NCBI RefSeq assembly: GCF_018350175.1
Contig: NC_058383.1
Span: forward strand, 20,648,001-20,712,000
DNA: 64,000 bases
Origin: Felis catus
Lineage: Eukaryota
Direction of reading: 5' to 3'
Below are positions 24,471 through 35,830 of the stretch, piece after piece. Position 1 is the first letter of the stretch. Every line of letters starts with the position of its first letter. A model generated the notes under the pieces. It worked only from the letters and a program-made list of their open reading frames with translations, was not told the DNA's origin and ran no database searches. The translations under genes and the position numbers were made by a program.

Positions 24471-24639
24471 TCCCACACTCCATAAGGTCCCAATTTCAGT
24501 CTTCCTCAAAAGAACCATCCACGTTCCCTTTACGTCATTTGTAAGACCTTCTTTCCTAAGACGCTATGGTTTGACCCTTCTGGAACCAGGTGTAACTGTT
24601 TTTTCTATTTCTATGGTTTTCGAGGATCCAAGTGGATAA

Positions 24640-24950
24640 CAATAGAATAACATAGTTATTCCCGGCGCTGCGATAAGCATTTAAAATGACATCTCACTTC
24701 ATCTTTGTCGACGAGTGACCTCAGACTTGCGCCTATTTCAACAGATCACCACAGAGAGACAGCGAGGTTAAGGATTTCTGTGGGAAGGCGGGTTTTTGAC
24801 GGTGTGTCTTATGTCCCCAAGGATATGCCCGTAGATGTAGGCGGAGCTGGGAAGATGCCTGAAGAGTTCCTTCTCCAGATGGGAAGGCTGACGCCCAGAC
24901 AGGGGAAAGGGCTCGCTCAAGGTAACACAGGAAGTGAGAAGCCCAACACT
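24640..24950 (-). mobile_element. MIR fragments (two)
   Basis: cagatcaccacagagagacagcgaggttaag and cagatgggaaggctgacgcccagacagggg...caaggtaacacag. Confidence 0.6.
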
Positions 24951-25189
24951 TGGGCACAGGTGCTCAGCCTTCCCGTCTCCTTCCCTTCATCCGACAAAAT
25001 TCACGGAGTCATCGGAAGGCGACCAACAGCATGTGTTACATGAGACAAAGGTGTTTTTAGTAAATCGGAGATCCCCGGCTCCAACCAGAAACTACTCCAG
25101 GGAGAAAGGTCCCCCATGTGGGGGCAGAGCACCAGAGTGCGAAGAAGAACACGGAGACACATGCTGGCTTCTGGGTCCCGGGAGCACCA

Positions 25190-25590
25190 GGCATCGGGAG
25201 GGGTGGGGACCAGGGCAACGCGCACGTCCTGCCAGAAATGGTCGGCAGCTACTCGGTCCAGCTGACTGTCACCCTAGGGAATATGGAGCCAGCACTGCCA
25301 TATCTTTTGAGTTGTCCGAATAGGCCAGAATTCTGGATCTCATATTTCACATTTTTTTTAATGTTATTATTGAGAGACAGAGCATGAGCAGGGCAGGGGC
25401 TGAGAGGGAAAGACACAGAATCCGCAGCAGGCTCCAGGCTCCTAGCTGTCAGCACAGAGCCCGACACGGGGCTCGAACTCATGATGCGAGATCATGACCT
25501 GAGCTGACGTTGGACGCTTCAACCGACTGAGCCACCCAGGCGCCCCCTGGATCTTATATTTTAAAACATGCAGTATCCTGACTTTCATTT
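25190..25590 (+). mobile_element. MER103C-like relic interrupted by a Can-SINE
   Basis: ctcggtccagctgactgtcaccctagggaatatggagccagcactgccatatctt...ttctggat. Confidence 0.55.
25348..25546 (-). mobile_element. Can-SINE
   Basis: TSD ctggatct(c/t)atattt at 25333-25347 and 25547-25561. Confidence 0.96.
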
Positions 25591-25785
25591 TTGTATTAAA
25601 AAATTTTTTAATGTTTATTTTTTGAGAGAAAGAGAGAGAGACAGAGAGAGAGAGGGAGGGAGAGAGAGAATCCCAGCAGGCTCCACATAGCCTGACGCAG
25701 GGCTCAATCTCGTGACCTGTGAGAGCATGATCCGAGCCAGAATCAAGAGTCACACACTTAACCGACGGAGCCACCCAAGTGCCCC
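25588..25785 (-). mobile_element. Can-SINE (older subtype)
   Basis: Antisense body, GA tract, T tail. Confidence 0.93.
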
Positions 25786-26019
25786 GGTACCCTGCCTTTT
25801 AAATGTCGCGCCTCCCCCACCGAAAAAGAAAAGCAAGGTGTAAGACAGAGAACTTCTGCAATATCTGGAATGCATGAGGTTGGGAGGGCCCGTTCAAGGC
25901 CAAGGGGAGGGGGAGGAGCAGACAACAGGTACCCCGTGTCAGGCCCTCTCTGCTGAGTGCTCCTTACTAACACGTGCCAGGGCTCTCTGTCTTGGCCACA
26001 GAGCTATAACCGATGTGCG

Positions 26020-26800
26020 CCCGGCATCCTCCCCTCTAAATTCATCTCCTCACTCGATCCCTCGCTCCCTCGGGTCCAGCTTCTGGGTGTTCCTCAAACA
26101 CGCCAAACTCATCCCCCTGCCGCTACGGATTCAGTGTTCGTGTCTTCCCCTGAATACATATAATGCTGGAGGCCTAACCACTCACGAGGATGGGGTCTTT
26201 GGCAGGCAAATCGGCTTAGATGAGGGCATGAGAACAGAACCCCCCCCCACCCCCGATGGGATTAGCGTTTTATAAGAAGAGGAAGAGACACCAGGGTTCG
26301 CTTCTCTCTGGTGAGAAGGCAGCCGTCTACAAGCCCAGGACAGAGTCCCCGCCGGGAACTGAATGGGCCAGCACCATGATCTGGGACTTCCAGCCTCCAC
26401 GACTGGGAGCGATCCGTGTCTGTAGTTCGAGCCACTAGTCCACGTTGTTCTGTTACAGCAGCACAAGCTGACGCATGCAGACCCCGCTGCCCCTGGGGTC
26501 CCTCCACCTGCAGCCTCATTCCTTCACCCGACTGAGCTCGCGGATCAAGTGTCCCCCTCACAGGGGGCATTCTGTGGGCCTCCCTGTAAAAATGCTGGCT
26601 GGGCACCTCTCCCCTCACCTTTACCCATCCCTGAACTCACGGGTTGCGTGCCTCACGTTATTCTTGTTTATTTGTCACCTGTCTCTCCCAGTTACAACGT
26701 AAAGTCACGGAAGCAGAGATGGGGCGCGTCTTTTTCATTTCTGCGTCGGCAGTGCTCAGACTGGCGTTGATCAGCATCTCGTTTATGTTTGTTGGAAAGA
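26020..26800 (+). mobile_element. L2a-like 3' region interrupted by an MLT1A LTR
   Basis: tgttcctcaaacacgccaa before the LTR; ttgtttattt...ctgtctctccc...tttgttggaaagaa end. Confidence 0.7.
26121..26475 (+). mobile_element. MaLR MLT1A-like solo LTR
   Basis: gatgggattagcgttttataagaagagg...gccagcaccatgatctgggacttccagcctcc...tgttacagcagcacaagctgac. Confidence 0.85.
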
Positions 26801-27062
26801 AGAGAAGAAAGAGGAATGAATGGAAAGAAGGGAGGGAGAGAGAGAGGGAAGGGGGGAAGGAAGAGGGAAGGGAGGCAGGGGGGAGGGAAGGAGGGAGGGA
26901 GGGAAAGAAGGAAGGGCGGAAGGTAGAAAAGGAAGGAGGAAGGGAAGAAAGGAAGGAAGGAGGGAGGGAGGAAAAAAGGATAATAGAAAACAGAAAGGGG
27001 GCAGTAAAAAACAGACTCAAGAAAGACACAAAGAGAGGGAGAGAGACAGGGAGGAAGAGGAC
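26795..27062. repeat. (GGAA/GGGA)n purine-rich tract grown from the L2 tail
   Basis: About 270 bp, almost exclusively A/G. Confidence 0.9.
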
Positions 27063-27074
27063 AGTGAGTTGAGC

Positions 27075-27285
27075 ACTCTGCAGCTGCCTGGAATCCGGTT
27101 TCGTGATCGGACAGAACCCGGGCTGCACTTGCACCTGCCCGGCTGTGATCTGGGTGATCCTGGACTTATCACTTAACGTCTGCGGGCCTCAGTGTCCCCT
27201 TGGGTGAATAAACACACTGGTATTAACCCCGCGGCGTCTGCTCTACAGATTAAAAGAGATCCCCCGTGAGAAAAATACCAGCTTC
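27075..27285 (+). mobile_element. MIR
   Basis: gtgatcctggacttatcacttaacgtctgcgggcctcagtgtcccc. Confidence 0.7.
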
Positions 27286-29281
27286 ACCAGCCCGGTAAAG
27301 GTGGGTTTCCTGGAAGAACGCCCATCCTTGTCAGGAGAGGTGGTGGGAAGACAGCTGTGCTTTCCGTGGGGGCGAGATCCGGGGAAATCTGCATACATAC
27401 GACTCCTGCAGTTGTCAGTCTCCGCTTGAGGTTTGCAGGGTAATTAAAGGCACAGTAGGCAGGTGTCATTAACTTGTTAACCTGAAGTTTTTCTCCCCGC
27501 CCCCACCCGCGCCGGAAAAGAGACTGCAAATGAGTTCGGATGAACCAGGGCTGACTTAGATAGCTGCCTTTCAATTATTCTCCCCGGAGCCCTGCGCATT
27601 CATGGGGCTCATTATTACAATTCGGGGGCCGTATCGTACAAACCCACGATACCTCTCCAGATGAACACACAGTAGATGCCAGGCCCCCGAAAGCTCAACG
27701 CTGCCAACAGGTGATCCCTGCCCCCCAAACCGCGCGGTCCCCTCCATCCCAGCTCCCTGATGCCGAACAGAATCCTTTCACACCACCAGCTAAAGGGCCC
27801 GAGGAGTGCCGTTCGGTCATCCGAGTGGAAGCTCTACCTTCCGCCGGCTTCCAAGGCAAGGATTCTCCGAATGGCGCTTTGCAAACCCTGAGTGTCAGGC
27901 TTCTGGTAACGATGCGGACCACGTGCCTTCACACAATTTGCAGACCGGGTGCACACGCCCCAGCTCATCCGTCACCGGGGCTGACAGGTGGGGTCTGTCT
28001 CAACCCACCAGACAGGTGAGGAGGCACAGGCTCAAAGGGTACGAACCGCGTGGCCAAGGGTGCCTGGTCAGGAACGGGTGCGCGGCGGGAGTCACACGTC
28101 AGTCTTGGACCCGGCAGCCGGGACCCTCTCATTCTTAATCCCCGTGGTGGCCCGAACACTCTGCACGGCACCTGGCGTGTGCGAAGCACCCAACACCTCT
28201 TTGCGGATGACAGTTTGTTTCTAGAGATTCAGACCACAATGGACTCCGGACCGTATGGATGTATTTTCCAATTCTGCTTAAAGAGAGAGGGCAAGGGTGT
28301 AGCCGATCTTCCTGGTTCATCTCCGGTGATGGGATGATTCCAGGCTACAAGGACATATGCACGCGCCCACCCACACATCCACCGTCACGCACACCTATGC
28401 TCAGGGACATGTGCCCCCCATCGCGCACACACACACACACCCCTTCATTATTCTCTAGAGGCTTTTCCCAAACCCAGCAGCCCTCTCCCCCGCTCCGCTT
28501 CCTTGCCTTAGTCCACAACCAACCGTACTCCCCAAGATCCAGTTTGGTGGTTCCAGCTTCACCATTTTTGCCGTGGCTCGTTAAGAGTCATTCTATTATT
28601 TCCCCCATATTCTCTTTAAATTAACCCCCTTTTTAAAAAAAGAAACTCGGCTCCCTTCAGGATATAAAGCAAAGCTTTGTATTATTATTGCCAGGAGAAA
28701 TCCAGAATCACCTGTCATACATGAAAGCCAAGCATAGAAATTAAAGAAGTTGAAAATGACAGCGTATTCTCAAATTCTAGCTCGATGCCCTTACCTCTCT
28801 ACACCCCTAGTCTTGTTCTTTGCCCAAAAGGGAAACATTAGCAAATGTCGGAGGGGTGGAAAAGACATATTAGCAACCCCGCCCCCCCCAAGGTATTGTT
28901 CTCGAAAAACTGAAAGAAAAAGGAAAAGACAATGATACCCTGGCTGTGGGATTCAAAGGGATTTAACTGTTGCATCCCGGACCACTTAAAGCCTTGTCAC
29001 ACACGATCACATGTGCCCAGGTGTCCACACACAATCAGCGGTGTGTGTTCCTCACAGGGCAGCGGTGACCTGCAGGAAGGACGCAGTCCCAACTTCTCAA
29101 ATGTTGTACCGTATGATCCGGTCTTTACCCACAGATTTTTCCTGTCGCCACCCAGATATACTACTGGCTCCAGCCATTAGGAGCTGAATTACGTCCCTCC
29201 AAAATTCACATATTGAGGTCCTAGCCCCGAGACCTCAGTAAGTGACCGTGTGCGGAGATGGGGGTCTTTAAAGAGGTGACT

Positions 29282-29487
29282 GGGGCACCTGGGCGGCTCA
29301 GTGAGTGGGTTAAGCGTCCAACTCTTGATTTCGGCTCAGAGCATGATCTCATGGTTCATGAGATCGATCCCCACATCAGGCTCTGTGCTGAGAGCCCAGA
29401 GCCTGCTTGGGATTCTCTCTCTGCCCCTCACCCACTTGTTCTCTCTCTCTGTCTCTCAAAATAAATAAAATTCAAAAAAAAAAATAA
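29282..29487 (+). mobile_element. Can-SINE (older subtype)
   Basis: Full body; TSD taaagagg(t/c)ga(c/t)t. Confidence 0.95.
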
Positions 29488-29730
29488 TAAAGAGGCGATT
29501 AAGTTAAAACAAAGCCATTAAGGTGGGTCCTAGCCCATTATGACTGGAGTCCTCATAAGAAGAGGGAGTAAGAAACCGACACACCAGAGACCAGAGACAA
29601 GACCACGCGAGGACACAGGGAGAGCTACGCTCTAGAAACCAAGGAGAGAGGCCTTGGAAGAATCCCAACGCTGCTGACGCTGGGTCTCAGACTTCTACGA
29701 CCCAGGGTGGTCACAAAATAAATGGATTTT

Positions 29731-29932
29731 GGGGGTGCCTGGGTGGCTCAGTCGGTCGAGCGTCCAACTCCGGCTCAGGTCACAATCTCACGCTTCACGA
29801 GTTCAAGCCCCGTGTCGGAATTCCCGCTGAAAACGCTTAGCTCGCTTTGGATCTTCTGTCCCCCCTCTCTCTCTGCTCCTCCCCGACACTTGTACTCTCT
29901 CAAAAATAAATGAAACATTAAAAAAAAACATA
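29731..29932 (+). mobile_element. Can-SINE (diverged)
   Basis: Head, B box, CT tract, A tail. Confidence 0.93.
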
Positions 29933-30054
29933 AAAGAAATGAATTTCGTGTAAGCCACTTAGTCTGTGGTCCTCTGTTACTGCAATCCTGACAAAATAAC
30001 ACACAAACAGAAGCCCGCAAAGCTTCCCAAGCTTTGCCTGTTCTGCCGACGGTG

Positions 30055-30215
30055 ACAAAGGCTTTGGAGACAAGGCTTGGGCTCTGCCCCGGTCGTGAGC
30101 TAGCCCTGTGACCCTCGGAGACATCTGGAGCGCTCCCAGCTTTCCTTCTCTGTCCTGGGCAGCAGGGTTAATAACAGCACCCTGCAAGGTCATTTTCAGG
30201 ATCAAGCTAGATAAT
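30055..30215 (+). mobile_element. MIR
   Basis: ggctttggagacaaggcttgggctc...ataacagcaccctgcaaggtcattttcaggatcaagctagataat. Confidence 0.7.
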
Positions 30216-30739
30216 GGGGGCTTCTGGGGCAAGACCCCAGCTGGGACACGGCTGGATCCGCTTTCCACTGCCTTCCCACTGAAATATTCATGAAAATATG
30301 CGCACCAGTAAATGCAGCCCCGGGAAGAAGAAATCTTATTGATCAAAATCTTCTGGGCCCTTGATTCCCGCTCATCAAAGATGGGAAACGTCTCTGACGC
30401 AGCAAAACAAGGGCAGACCCTCCCGCCACCACGTCTCAGGCCCAGGAGCTTGAAGCCCGGTGCCCTGCACCGACCAGAGGCGCGGAGCGCCCGGCACCAT
30501 GGGGAGCTCTCTCAGGAGGTGACCGTGGAGCTCCTCCCCTCATCCCCCCATCCCTCCACCGGGCGCCCACTTCCTAGCCTCATTCAGGGCTACGATGCCC
30601 AGTCACGGAACGCAGCTATCGCGTCACTTTAATAAGAAAGGGAAGGACGTAGGCCAGAACCAAGAAAACATGAGCAGCTGCAGTTCTCCAGGTGGTTTTA
30701 TTCCTTCTTTTTGCAAAGAAGAAACGAAAAGGAAGCCTA

Positions 30740-31215
30740 TCACAGCAGGTCAAGAGCACAGATTCCAGGGCTAGTCTGCCCAAGGTTGAATTCTGGCCCT
30801 TGACACCTGCTAGCTTTTTTTAAAAATTTTTTAACGTTTATTCATTTTTGAGAGATGGAGAGAGAGAGAGCATGAGCGGGGGAGGGGCAGAGAGAGAGGG
30901 AGACACAGAATCCGAAGAAGGCTCCGGGCTCCGAGCTGTCAGCACGGACCCCGACGTGGGGCTCGAACTCACGAACTGCGAGATCGTGACCTGAGCCGGT
31001 TGGACGATCAACCGACAGAGCCACCTAGGCACCCCCCCCGACACCTGCCAGCTTTTGACGTCAGCAAATTGTTCAGACTCAGTTTTCTCATCTGCCGAAT
31101 GGGGCTGCTAGGAGCATCAACCTCAGAAGTTATCATGCAGAGTGAATGACTGTAAAGGGCTTTGGAATAATGCCTGGCACCCCAGTAAGCATTGTATAAT
31201 GTCTGTTAAATAAAC
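30740..31215 (+). mobile_element. MIR interrupted by a Can-SINE
   Basis: ggtcaagagcacagattc...ctcagttttctcatctg...aataatgcctggcac. Confidence 0.8.
30818..31035 (-). mobile_element. Can-SINE
   Basis: TSD gacacctgc(t/c)agctttt. Confidence 0.96.
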
Positions 31216-31228
31216 TATAACCTCTGTG

Positions 31229-31251
31229 TATATATATATATATGGGTATCT

Positions 31252-31282
<31 letters not shown>

Positions 31283-31292
31283 GCACGCACAC
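31229..31292. repeat. Compound (TA)n/(CA)n/(CGCA)n microsatellite
   Basis: Direct reading. Confidence 0.95.
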
Positions 31293-31359
31293 TTCTCTGC
31301 ATAAAGCACAGATAGCAAACTCCTCCTGAGTCGTGAAGGAACACACTGGTTAAGTCTTC

Positions 31360-31980
31360 AAAGATGCCACAAATTTGGTTCAGCGTGGCGAGTACCACCG
31401 ATAGAAGAGACTCCAACAGCAGCATCTGGGAAATAAAGATGGACCCACAGAGCCCAACATGAGCAAACAGCCTGAATAAGAACTCTTCTTGCCCTCCCGC
31501 GAGAAAGTATCTTACAAGCGCAAGGTGTAGACAGTAGGAAAGAGCACACACAGCGCTCGCGAAGCATCGTAGAATGTGCCCAGAAGAAGATACGCTACAG
31601 AGAAAAGAAAAAACCTGAACGCGTATGCTTTACGGTCTCTATCAAGCGTCAGAAACCTAAACTCAAGGCGCTAAAATTTAATAAAGCTGCAAATCATAAA
31701 GCAGCGAACTGAAATGAAGACAGTTGTCTGGAGGGAGCCGGACGGTGCGGAAAACAAAAATAAGAGAGGAGAATTAAGAGGCGCGTCGGGCCTGATCGAG
31801 GAAAAGTGAATCTTCAAGGTACAAACGTATAATCACTCATGAGAGAGGAAAACCAGGATGGTATGAAAGTGCAGAGAAGCAACAAGAAAGGATAAAAGCA
31901 CGGAGGGATGGAAAATTCACGAATGACGCTTGTTCCTGAAAGAAAAGGTCAGAACACACACAAAAAAATCAACCGTCAAA
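31360..31980 (+). mobile_element. Probable highly decayed L1/HAL1 ORF1-region fragment
   Basis: A-rich plus strand with LINE ORF1-like character; no clean motif recovered. Confidence 0.35.
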
Positions 31981-32129
31981 GCCTGGGGAGACGCGGCAGT
32001 GAAGACGTTCCACACAGTGGATGCAAGAGCGGAGCTCACAGTCTAGAGTGGGAGAATCCCAATGGGTGAAGCCCCCAGTGAGGACCGTCTACACTAGCAA
32101 GCCTGTGTTCTTTAAGTTCCAGGGCTGTG

Positions 32130-32460
32130 CTCGCCGAAGTGAATCTCCCCCCACGGAATCCCGAGGGACACCGTCCACAGCATGTCCCTGGCTCTTCTGG
32201 GTAGAAACAGTTCTCTGGTCAAATACGTTTGGGCGAGATTTGTCAATGAAACGCAAACAAGTTCTTCGCTACAGAACCTCCCTGGTAAGATGCGTTAGGA
32301 ATTTTGAAGAGCGATACATTATGCCGCATTCTCAAACTCAGAAGAGGTAGAGGTCGCTTTTTCACAGTCCTTTCGGCCACGCTGTCAGCAGCCCCCCCCC
32401 CCAATCTTTTTAATCTCTGGCAACAGCTCCTGACATCTCTCAGACACGCTTGAGAAATGC
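32130..32460. mobile_element. hAT-Charlie relic (MER112/113-like)
   Basis: ggtcaaatacgtttggg...caagttcttcgctacagaacctc...cacgcttgagaaatgc. Confidence 0.5.
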
Positions 32461-33224
32461 CAAGGTGGGACCCCGCACAGGCAAATGCCAAGGTCATACT
32501 ACATCAGGCTCTCGTGGACGCGCCCTTACATATACAAATCACACACCCGCACTGGCTGTCAGTGTCTTTGGCAAAATCATGGTTGGGCAGGCCGTGGTCA
32601 GCCTTGCAGGAGAGCACTCAGATCCACAGACTGGTCAACAATCCATCCCGTCCCGGACCTGAAGCGCCTCAGTTGACTTTTGCTGCCACTTCAGTGCCAG
32701 TGACCACGGGGCGTGGGAAAGCCCGGAGCCCCTGCTTCCATCCAGCTGTGTCTTCACCGGGACGGGGGTGACTTCTCCCTACGGTACTAGAGCGTCTTGT
32801 TGACCTGGGCTTTTACTCCAAACCTCCACCACCACCCCAGAATGGGCACATCCTCCCAATCTAGAAAATCCCCATGCCAAGCCCCATCCACACAGCGGGA
32901 CTTCTGGACGCGGAAAGGGACCGGAATCCCTACTTCCTCCATCTCTAATCTAGCTTCCTCCCTTTTGGCACACGGCCCAGACGTGCCTCCGGCCAGCAGG
33001 CTACGAGCAATGCCAGTCGCCCACCAAGACCCGCTTGTAGATTTCTGCCCGGTCCTCTTGCTCCCCGGAGCTCCTGCGACATCTATATAACCGGTAGGGC
33101 AGTTCTGATGGAGCATTTGCTGAGGGGGAAACGGAAGTCGCTCAAAGTGGAATGACCAGGTGTTGGAGATACTTCGGGGCTTCCTCGCCGAACTCAGGTG
33201 CCGCACCCAGAATCCCAGGGCAGG

Positions 33225-33405
33225 AAGGAGAGGAGACCCCGGAACCGGGCTGTCTGGGTTGCAACACCCATGGCATGACTTACCAGCTGTGTGATTTCGG
33301 GCTATTTATTGAACCAGTCTGGGTCTCAGTTTCTTAATCTGTAAAACGGGGCTGACGGTGGATCGCAGAGGAACCAAGAGGAAGACGGTGAAATTGGTTA
33401 AGAGG
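33225..33405 (+). mobile_element. MIR
   Basis: acttaccagctgtgtgatttcgggc...gtctcagtttcttaatctgtaaaacgggg. Confidence 0.85.
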
Positions 33406-33734
33406 TTCTTGCATTAGGATGAAGACGGGGAGACAGAACTGGAAAGTTATTTGATAGGAGGCTGAACGGCACAATGTGGTAACCAGTTGACCCGGGGGGG
33501 GGGGGGGGACAGGGTCCGAAAAGGCGGGAGGGATAAGGTGGGAGAGAAACTTTTCCAATGTAGCTCCTAAGTTTCTTCCCGGAGTCGCTGAGTAAACACG
33601 GATGCTATTAACCCAGAGAGTTTGTAAGAGACTCGTATTCACGGTGTGTGGCAGGGAGGGGTGCGTTCCAGAAGAGACCTGCTACCTTGTTCCTTTCTTG
33701 TCTCCACACTGTGGTGACTGTGCCGATTGCCTGA

Positions 33735-33930
33735 CACCTGTGACCTCTCTTAATTCTCACCGTAGCCCCAGGAGGCAAATGTTCTACTCTTACCTGCATC
33801 GTGTGACAAAGCGGTCACCAAGCCACCGAGAGAGGTGAAGCAACTTACGCTCGCTGCCCTCACCCAGCACCTCGGCTGGGATTTAAACCCAAGAGGGTAA
33901 GACGCCTTGGGCTCTCAGCCTTCCAGTGTT
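33735..33930 (-). mobile_element. MIR
   Basis: ttaattctcaccgtagcccc...gagaggtgaagcaactt...gctgggatttaaacccaag. Confidence 0.75.
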
Positions 33931-35367
33931 TGCACACTGCCTCTCGGATCCCCAACGCTGGAGAGGCATTCGAGCCATCACCACCTGTACAGTCTCCCCG
34001 AATGAGAGGAGTTCAGATCCTTCCACATCATTTGTACTCGAAACCTTCTCTGCGTACTCCAGAATTCGCTCTCGCTGGTATACAACGTGTTTTATCGTGT
34101 TATGCATTTGTCACAAACCTGTGTGTGTGTGTGCGCGCGCGCGCATTCAGTTTGCACAGTGTGGTTTCTGTCTCTGATTACACCACTGAAAGCTACTATA
34201 CGCGTAGATAGGAACGTATAGAGAGATCAGGAGCAGATAGCAGCGCCATTTGAACATGAACGCGCAGGAGCTTGAGACGAACAGAGTATTTTGAACTCCG
34301 GGGCACTATCTGCTTAGCTGATGGCTAAGTGAAATTGAGAGGTTTTAGAAATCTGTGAATAATGTTCAAGAGTAATGTCACAGGTTACCCGGGAAAAAGG
34401 GGTTTTACAGTGTAAAAGGATACCGCCAAAATCCGGCAAACGGCTTACGGATCCAAACCACCCTAAACACTGACCTGGCTCCTTGGTGCGATTTAGAGCC
34501 TTCCCGTCTCCCTAGATAAGAGTCGTCCTCGAAGAAAACCGTGAAAGGGGAACGCAAAAGGGAGAGAGAGGAAAAAGTAGCTCCGCAGATCTACACCGAA
34601 TGGGGGGTGGCTTCATCTCTTGGGAAATTTATTTCCACCCCCCAAAACGAGGGCCGCAAATAATGGTTCTCCCAGTGCAACTATCCCAGCTGGATCGCGC
34701 CAAAAAGCTTTTAGGAGGGAAGCGGTAAGTAAATTCCACCGTTCAGATGCATTTGGATGTAATCCTAAAGCGGTAGCCCGCGTAATCGCCAAGCCATCAA
34801 CAACTAAAAGGATCGAGACCATTAGATGCGGACAACAGAGAAAGAGGTCGGGAAACAGAAAAGACTGCATTCACCCACCACGTGGCTCCAAAGCTGATCA
34901 CGGCACCACGGAGGCTCCGTCCAACGGCTGAACTCTGATCACACGCACGCACACGCAGAGAAATGCGAGCATCAGTGTTATTACGTAGGTGGCTAAACAG
35001 CCGCTTTCTTCTTCAGTGTTTTGAAATATAAGAGGACTTTGGTCTCTTCCTAATTTCAGGGTTGAGGAGGAAGGACGGCTGCCTTTTCTGCCAATGTTCA
35101 GGCTGGAAAGAGTTGGTGCTGGGGCGTCAAAGGTTCCAGAACCTTGGAGGCAGGATGCTGGAACATAAGGCAGGCAGGCACACGCAACATGTCTCTCCGT
35201 GATCTTAAAGAATTTCTGGATACCAGCCAGTCCTGCTTCTCCAGCCAAGCTTCTGCTACTTGCCAGGAACATTCTGCTTCCGGAGGCCAGTGACGCTTGC
35301 GGTACGGACCCACGAAGTCCACCTACATGACAATAATCTGCATTGCTCGTTGAAAGGCACACCCCCA

Positions 35368-35458
35368 GGGGCGCCTGGGTGGCGCAGTCGGTTAAGCGTC
35401 CGACTTCAGCCAGGTCACGATCTCGCGGTCCGGGAGTTCGAGCCCCACGTCGGGCTCT
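35368..35458 (+). mobile_element. Young-subfamily Can-SINE, 5' half only
   Basis: Near-consensus head through gtcgggctct, then abrupt switch to unrelated sequence; no CT tract, tail or TSD. Confidence 0.95.
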
Positions 35459-35469
35459 TGATGTGACCC

Positions 35470-35830
35470 AGCGACAGCCAGGGAAAAAGCTGGAGCGCAT
35501 CAGCCGGAGGACTGTGGGCCGGAGAGCGGCGGGCGCTGCGACACGCCCGCCGTGTGAACCTTTACGAAACACGGAAAGGACTTTGGCTTTTCCTCGGAGA
35601 GAGGTGGGGGCCGCCGGAGGCTTTCGAACGGAGAAGTGGCGGGATCTGTTCCGTTTTCAAACATCCCTCCGGGTGCCCTGTGAAGACGGCTTGCGAGGGC
35701 CAGTCCAGAAGCCAGGACACCAGCCTGGAGGCTCCTGAATTTGCAGAATCTGCTGGGGACCCGGGTGACTCTGCGGGGGTGGGCCCGTTAGACACAGGTG
35801 TGGGGAAACAGAGTCCCGGCAGCAGGTGGA
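35470..35830 (-). mobile_element. L2 internal fragment
   Basis: aaggactttggcttttcctc...ggaggctttcgaacggagaagtggcgggatctg...gaagccaggacaccagcctggaggct. Confidence 0.75.

Larger units (their letters stand above)
29176..30003 (+). mobile_element. MaLR MLT1B-like solo LTR carrying two Can-SINE insertions
   Basis: ctgaattacgtccctccaaaattcacatattgaggtcctagcccc...gtctttaaagaggtga...taagccacttagtctgtggt...aaataacaca. Confidence 0.85.

Noticed and set aside
26644..27176. Overlapping 118-158 aa ORFs rich in E/G/R/K or S/L/P/F
   Set aside because: Artefacts of the GA-rich tract, which lacks stop codons
34898..35572. Longest ORF (224 aa, minus strand)
   Set aside because: Crosses an L2 fragment, the truncated SINE and GC-rich filler; no recognisable domain
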